NCBI GenBank assembly: GCA_964016885.1
Contig: OZ024745.1
Location: forward strand, 63,550,001-63,614,000
Reading direction: 5' to 3'
Length of the DNA: 64,000 nt
Origin: Eledone cirrhosa
Taxonomy: Eukaryota
Shown here: in pieces, positions 55,451 to 64,000 of the stretch
How the letters are laid out: every line of letters starts with the position of its first letter
Position numbering within the stretch: the stretch's first letter is position 1
Position numbers and translations under genes: made by a program
The notes under the pieces: model-generated
What the model saw: the letters and a program-made list of their open reading frames with translations, nothing else
Told to the model about the DNA's origin: nothing
The model's database searches: none

Positions 55451-56259
55451 AGTCGTGTATTGGCAGAGTTGTTAGAGCATCAGCCCAAATAATTTGCAGT
55501 ATTTAGTTACAGCTCTTTACTCTCTGAAGTCAAATCCCGTCAAGGTCAACTATGCATTTTATCCTGCTGGACTCGATAAAATAAAGTACAAGTTAAGTAC
55601 TGAGTCGATATAATCGACGTTTTCTTACCCGAAATTTCTGACCTTGTGTCAATGTTAGAGATAATTATTACTACTATTGATGAGTGCGATGGATCTGCAA
55701 AGTCGTTAGAGTACCAGCAAATGCTTAGCTCTATTTCTTCCAGCACTCTTCATTCTGAGTTCAAATCCCACCGAGGTCAACTTTGCCTTTCATAATTCCA
55801 GGGTCGATAAAATAAAGTACCAGTATATAACTGGGGTCGATATAAGGGCCTTACCCTACACGCCTAAATTACTGGCCTTATGCCTAAAGTTGAAATCATT
55901 AGAAACACACTGGATTTGCATAGTCTTTAGAGCGTCCGACGAATCTTAGCATTATTTGTTTCGGCTTTTTACGATCTAAATTCAAATCACGTTTGCCTTT
56001 CATCCTTATGGGGTTGATCAAACATAGTGCTGGGCCAACATAATCGACTTCCACCCCCTTTCAAATTACTGGCATTGTGTCTAAATTACAATTTTCTACT
56101 ACTACTACTACTAATACTGGTGCATTATTTTGTCGACCCCGTAAGGATGAAAGGCAAAGCTAACTTCTGCGGGATTTGAACTCAGATCATAAAGAGACGT
56201 AACTCTATGCTGCAAAGCATGTTGTTTGACGCTCTACCTATTCTGCCAGTCCACCGCCC
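55451..56259. mobile_element. Cluster of four SINEs (three + in tandem, one -)
   Basis: Copies at ~55451-55665, 55685-55900, 55905-56092 (+) and 56115-56259 (-). Confidence 0.85.
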
Positions 56260-56261
56260 AA

Positions 56262-56616
56262 TCCATCAGTGCTAGGCAGAGAAGCAGTGATGATAGGGAG
56301 TCCCCTGTTGATTGGCATGGGCTCATGCTTTAATAGTTTCATCTGTCGTCTGTATCTGCAATACTGTTTGCCACTTACTCAGAGCATGCTTGATAAATGT
56401 TTTTAGTGTTGGTGTCACTTTATCCATGGCTAGTGTGTTCAGTATTCATATATGGGGAACATTGTCAAACGCCTTCAGGCAGTCAATCCATACCACTTTG
56501 AGTCTTTTTTTCCCTTTTTCTGCAGTTTTCCGTATTGTCTTTATTTATTAGCAACTGTCTTCACAGCCATATGAGCCTTTGCAGCTTCCTTTCTCTTTTC
56601 TCTGGAAGCAATTTGC
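56262..56616 (-). mobile_element. R4/Dong-clade LINE RT fragment
   Basis: LLPE..., CKGSYGC, VVWIDCLKAFDNVPH, TFIKHALSKWQTVL, GDSLSSLLLCLAL (with frameshifts). Confidence 0.85.
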
Positions 56617-57385
56617 TTATTTTACTACGTGCTTCATCATATGACAATTCCAAATCTTTTTCAGTTCCCATTTTAAATCCTGGTTCCGGTTAATTTTCTC
56701 CTTCTCCTTTCCTTGCACTCTTGTGTCATAAAGGCAAGCGACATCTATAATCAAGTGAGTTCTTTTTTTCCTTGTCAAAAACCACCAGATCGGCCTATTG
56801 TGTTCTAAGTATTTGTTCGTTTGTATCCTGAAATCCTGTAGAAATTTCACTCGATCGTTTTCTATCACAGATCCTACATAGCGAGATAGCCTCCTTGTCA
56901 ATATGGTGTTTCATGCACTCCTACTATGGGATTGATCTTGTGCATGCAGCATTCCCTCTGTGGCTCTCTTAAAGTCCCCTTTCTTTAACCTGTTGCCTGT
57001 CTGCGGATCTCTGAATTCTGTTTTCTTTAAAAAGTTCCTATGAAGAGCCTTTTCATAGGTTCTTCTTGCTCTTTGTTGTTACTTCTTTCTTGGACATCCC
57101 CTGATCTATTGTCCCCTCCTTCAATACAGTCTTAAGCATCGTCTCCTTACTATCAACCACATTTGTGTAAACAACTCTTCTCGATCTGAATACAATCCTC
57201 CACGCTGATTAGACCTCTCCCAACTTCAAATCTCCTTAAGTAGAATGTATCAAGCTTCTTATGAATCATATTGTAGGTATTCATTAATTTCCCTGTCTTT
57301 CTATCCAGTTCTTTTTGTTTGTTTACATTCCAATTAATATATTGCTGATGATAGTGATGAATACTCCAAGCCAGCTCTGTCAAGG
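56617..57385 (-). mobile_element. R4/Dong-clade LINE C-terminal and restriction-like endonuclease fragment
   Basis: ELDRKTGKLM...YLRRFEVGRGLISVEDC; DFRIQTNKYLEHNRPD...IIDVACLYDTRVQGKEKEKI...DLKWELKKIW. Confidence 0.9.
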
Positions 57386-60284
57386 ACTACATTATCCAAT
57401 GTGCTCTTTCAATATTTAAGGCAGTATGGTATCAGGTGTGCGTGATTTAGCTGCGGACTTTAGCACGCCGAGTGATCAGTTAGAGGCTCACTCGTTGATG
57501 AGCATGATAGTCGTGTAAATAAGAATGATAAAAGTAATGGTGGTGGTGACAATATAGTTGGTATCAATTATATTTTTGCTGCTGTTCTTGTCATGTTTCA
57601 CCTCAACTCTAATCGAGCAGTTATATGATCGAATGAATTTCAGCCGCGTCCAACCTGTCTTTTTAGGTCTTTCTGGGTTTACATTATCTAATGTGTGTGC
57701 GGGTGTGTGCATGTGTGTGTGTGTATGTGTATGTGAATATGTATGTGTGTGTGTATGCGTGTATGTGTGTGCGTGTATAAAGAATGAGTTGATGGTGATT
57801 AGGCTTTTATTTCCAGTAAGTCAAACGACCAAGAAGAAACTTTCTCGTTTGCCCCATGATACGACTGGCGGAGGTAAATGGTTTTAATGGAAGTGGAGAG
57901 TTTGAGATGAGGGATGTGTAGGCTGAGCTACAGTATAAGATTTCTTGAAAGAAAAACCATCAGGAAAAACACTATCAAAAAGTGTTTCTAATTGATAAAA
58001 ATAATTCAAACACTAAAATATTAGAATTAGAAACTACAGAATATGAATCAGTGGCATATATGCATTTGTCAATCTAAAAACAAAGCAGTAGTCGTACAAT
58101 ACAAAACATGTCGTAAAAACTGTGTTACAAGACATCGGCGTTGTGAAAATAGCACTGTCAGCAGCTTTGGTCGTCATCATTTGGTCTTTTCAACTATCTG
58201 TTTTCTGTTTGCCATTTTGTTGCAAGTAGGTTCTAAGTAACCATTGCCACTGAACATTCGTCTTTGCATCACAAGTTCAATTAGCCTTCTCTCTTCCCTT
58301 TTAAGGTTTTACAACGCCGAGACTTTGTATTCGTCGAGACACACTATAGCTGGAAAAGTTATAATGACCTCATTCGATCATTGCGTTACTTCTGCCCTCA
58401 GCACATGCTCATAATGTTTTACAAGGATGAGCTAAAGCAACGATTTACGTGCGTGCTAACAGCACTGGCTGTAATCCTACTAATTCTCAGAACTATGCAT
58501 TATCGTGTAAGCATGTGATCAAGCGTTTGTATAGGGCACAGGTTCTACCTGTGTGTGCGCATTGTACTCGATCAAAAATCCAGACACATGATTTCAAATG
58601 ACTTGCCACTGCTAGTAGAGCACACATCCTACAGGTGAGCTAGGGCCTCATCTAGCCCCACTTTCGGGATTATATAAAAACCCTTCAATTATTTACAATC
58701 AGAGTTATATCACGTTCCTCATCACGCTTTAATGGGAAGGTTTTGGGGTTTAGAAGACTGTATTTTGTAAAATAAAGTTTCTAGACTTTGAAAATCTTCA
58801 GGTCAAGTTGCTCCTTTTGTTCCATCATGTAAATTTTAGTGTAATGTTTTAGTTATTCTTGTTGTTGTTGTTGTTGTTGGTGGTGGTGATGATGATGCTG
58901 CTGTTGTTATTGTTGTTGGTGGGTGGTGGTGGTTGTGGTGGTGGTGTCATTGGTGTTTAAACTTTTTTTTTTCAATTCAAATTAATGTTTAGAACGCAGT
59001 TCATATTTTCTTGTCCCTGTTTTATTATTATTGTTTTTGTTCACATGAAAATAAAATGTTATGGCCATGCTCGTTTACGTTACTGCTATTAACTTCGTGG
59101 GGAGCACGCCGTTGAGACAGCCATTTTGCGATATATATATATATTTCTATTCCTTATATATATATATATATATATATATTTCTATTCCTTTCTTTATTTA
59201 ATCGAGTCCCCTTTCAGAGAGAGATTATATATATCTGAGAGACAGTGCAACGTTACTGGGCGTTAGTGATAGATAATATATATGCCACAGTTGTTTTCCT
59301 CCAGCCCCGTGTAACAAATCACTTCGCTTGTCATCGGAGCTCCAGAGTGGGGTAGATATTTCTACTGTATTGTAATATGCTAAGCCATTGAATTTTGGTA
59401 CATATCAGTCGTGGATTAAATTGAGCTGAATACTCGGTATGTATTTGACCTCGCATAAATTTGACCTCAGAACGTAACGAACCAGAACAAGTAGCATTAG
59501 GCATTTTATCTGACGCTCAAAGGCTTCTGGTATTCAATTGACCTAAAGCCTGTAAATCTACCCCATTACCCGGAGTATGATAAGTATCTGATTTTAAACA
59601 TTTTAGTCTTTTGTTTTGACAAATAATCATTTGTAATAAAACGCTTGTAAATATTGCAAATTGCTATTTGTCAAAAATGTGTAAAACAAATTAAACTGTT
59701 TGCAGCGCAATATTTTCTCTATCGCAGGTAAGCTGGTAGGAATTCAAATATTCCGAGGTTATGTTGGTGGTGAAATGTAGGAGAAAAATTCCCATGAGTT
59801 AATCCTGAAGGAAATTAACTTATGGGACCATTTACATTGAACAACAACAATAACAATAAAATAGCATTTTCTTTATTGCTCAGAAAGTTCGTTATATATA
59901 GAAGAAAGGTCTCCCACAAGAGGGATTACAACACATGGGAGGATATACATACAATTGTCCTTAATAAGTGTGGGAAATTCATAATAAAATACATAAAAAC
60001 ATAAATTTGGTACTTAAAACGAAATTAATATATATATGAGAGCCACCTACTCGCATAGAGCTGAGATATATCATTCAAGTCACAATATCTTCTTGGACTT
60101 AATTTCACATTTGACATCTGGAACATGTTCTCCAAAAACACAATATTTGTTACATCTTCCATTAGTGTCTTCATGGGATTAACCAGGTTATTGCTCTATT
60201 TTGGAATTACCATGTATTTCAGCCATTTTCCGTCTGGAATCTCCAGACCCTCGGTCTCGTCTTTGTTTTCTGTCCAGGTTCACT

Positions 60285-60375
60285 TTAATTATGTATACCG
60301 TCATTCTTTGTTTAGTACTTCCCCACAATTCTCTCTCCACATTTTCGCAATCTGCAAATAATAAACGGTTGTTAT
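60285..60375 (-). mobile_element. Decayed Penelope-type GIY-YIG endonuclease remnant
   Basis: Frameshifted TVYYL..., (C)..KCGE.IVG, STKQRMTVY resembles the PLE IY.I.C..CGE.YVG.T...RQRMTVH motif; lies next to a hammerhead-like motif. Confidence 0.45.
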
Positions 60376-60424
60376 AAACAATGTAGATTCCGAGAGGTCA
60401 CGCGCTGGAGTACGAAATCCTCTC

Positions 60425-60655
60425 ATTCAATACACGCGTGTTTCGCTTAGTTCCTACTTTGGTAAAATCTAGAGTCGGTGTTGTGCTGTAAACAGTATTA
60501 GCAACAGTTAAGATCTACAACTCTGAAGTTTACTAATGTTGTTATTGCTAACTTTCTCACCGTCTGCCGAGTCTTTTGCATTGCACCATCCATATGACAG
60601 GTCTTCTAGTAGCTATGCTGCAACACGAGAAGCAACTAAGCCTTCTTAATTTATT
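60425..60655 (-). ncRNA. Degenerate hammerhead with ~180 nt stem II insertion
   Basis: Minus strand: TTAAGAAG-GCTTAGTT...AACTAAGC-GAAA-CACGCGTG-TA; perfect 8 bp stem II, palindromic stem III; 5' core and stem I mutated. Confidence 0.5.
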
Positions 60656-61103
60656 ACAAATCTAGTTCAGCTTTTCTCATCTTCCTATTTGGGTTATTTC
60701 TCTGAGATGACAATAAGTTATTCGGGCATAATTTAGACCATGCAGGTTCAAATAGTCACATGATGTTAAACGCCCTATCCACCCACCACTTATTCTTAAA
60801 GATGTGCACACGTGGTGTCGAGGTAAATGTCGATAGCCGTATCAATATTTTTGAATTTACACATGAGTGTAACGCATCAATAATTCCTATCTTATAGCTT
60901 CATACTCTGTCTTAAAAACATAGCACATCTTTCTATATGCCCGGCCACAGTCGATTATCCAAGACAACCACGCCATCACACGAGACCTTCGAAAGAGGAC
61001 GGCTGTCAGGCCTAATCGATAGAACTAATTGCACTATTGGCGGTTAAATTCAAACAGCTTTATATATATATATGTGAGTGTGGATGTTTGTGTGGGATTT
61101 GGA

Positions 61104-61240
<137 letters not shown>

Positions 61241-61347
61241 GTGTGTGTGTGTGTGTGCGTGCGTGCGTGCGTGTGTGTGTGTGTGTTGAAGTTTCCAGGG
61301 AAAAAGTAAAAGGAATGAAGAGTGCTCTATGTAAGTAAGATAGCTAA

Positions 61348-61564
61348 ATATTTAATGTATAATAAACAACACAGTATAATTACCTAATTACCCGAGGTTT
61401 CCTGAACAGGACGAACACAAGAGACGTCCGCATTCGTTAGTCAGATAAGGCAAACTGATTGTCTTATCTGACGAACGTATGCGGACGTCTCTTTGGTTCG
61501 TCCTGTTCAGGAAACCTCGGGTAATTAGGTAATTATACTGTGTTGTTTATTATACATTAAATAT
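61348..61564. repeat. ~215 bp palindrome whose arms each carry a mutated hammerhead
   Basis: Arms 61348-61452 and ~61459-61564; CTGAACA-GGACG...CGTCC-GCAT(A)CGTT.GTC in both arms. Confidence 0.9.
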
Positions 61565-61708
61565 ATATATATATATACATAAAATAACAACTACACAAAC
61601 GAAGACGGGTGAGTTGCATTACGTTGAGTACACTCCATAATATTACATCGAGATTGACCATACGGAATGACCAGTTCTATCCACTGGTGAACCAACAAAC
61701 CTAAATAA

Positions 61709-61762
<54 letters not shown>

Positions 61763-61766
<4 letters not shown>

Positions 61767-61935
61767 ATGATATTAATAAAAGGAAACTGTATTTATAAAA
61801 CAATATTTATTCTATTATATATATTTCAAGAATACCAAAATGTTGGTACGACTCATCAGATAAAATACAAAGTTTGTTTTATAAATATTGACATATCCAG
61901 AAAGGCGATATTAACGGTTCAAGTTTTTCCTGGAT
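61763..61935 (-). mobile_element. Hammerhead mini-element, copy C (single clean monomer between (TA)n)
   Basis: Hammerhead at 61809-61866: CTGATGA-GTCGTACCAA catt TTGGTATTCTT-GAAA-TATATATA-ATAGAAT. Confidence 0.8.
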
Positions 61936-61946
61936 ATATATATACT

Positions 61947-62037
<91 letters not shown>

Positions 62038-62118
62038 CGAAGGAAGTGTGGTAAAGAACCAGGTGGACCATACAAGCAGCAGAGTAGTCAATACTTAGTA
62101 GTAGAGTTGGTAATAGGA

Positions 62119-62256
62119 AAATGTTCAAGACCCCAACGGCAGAGCTCAAGCCGTCTCGATGGCTATTTCTGGACTCACAAATAGTCAGTGTAGAATATTC
62201 AGTCCAGAAATAGTCGTCGAAATGGCTTGAGCTCTGCCGCCGGGATCTTGAATGTT

Positions 62257-62257
<1 letters not shown>
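62119..62257. repeat. Fold-back element with ~57 bp arms between (TA)n tracts
   Basis: TTCAAGACCCCAACGGCAGAGCTCAAGCCGTCTCGATGGCTATTTCTGGACT / AGTCCAGAAATAGTCGTCGAAATGGCTTGAGCTCTGCCGCCGGGATCTTGAA. Confidence 0.9.
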
Positions 62258-63893
<1,636 letters not shown>

Positions 63894-63970
63894 TAATAAT
63901 AATAAATTTGAAGACTAAAATCCAAAGAGGGCTCGATAAGGATAAATATATATCAAATCTATAAGAACCA
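63894..63970 (+). repeat. (TA)n-associated dispersed repeat, copy 3
   Basis: Identical start to 4255-4310. Confidence 0.85.
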
Positions 63971-64000
63971 TTGGGTTCTGTATGGGCGTGCGGGTTTGTT

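Noticed and set aside
58645-58730. Minus-strand TGATGAGG...CCCGAAAG hammerhead-like pattern
   Set aside because: Stem I cannot form and stem II is weak; compatible with chance.
59085-59130. AAAATGGCTG start/YY1 motif on the minus strand as a gene start
   Set aside because: The ORF is only 11 codons, with no convincing donor or promoter context.
59706-59734. Possible 22 nt microexon ending CAG|GTAAGC
   Set aside because: Isolated splice-like motifs are expected by chance, and no partner exons were found.

Overview
AT-rich, microsatellite-saturated animal genomic DNA. The SINE families and (TA)n/(CA)n/(ACC)n load resemble an octopod cephalopod genome (recognition from memory, not verified). 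No intact, identifiable protein-coding gene is visible; most ORFs in the track are translated microsatellites. The window holds many tRNA-derived SINEs, decayed LINE fragments (RTE, R4/Dong, L1/Tx1, a Penelope-type GIY-YIG remnant), a Tigger/pogo-like MITE, a ~5 kb Thr-codon (mucin-like) repeat, and a good TATA/Inr promoter with a non-coding first exon on the minus strand near 49.0 kb. The most striking signal is a population of short (0.15-1 kb) non-coding elements embedded in (TA)n tracts. They carry inverted or direct end duplications, and several contain minimal type I hammerhead ribozymes with palindromic stem III, some with greatly expanded stem II. This points to a microsatellite-resident Penelope-like/retrozyme-like system.
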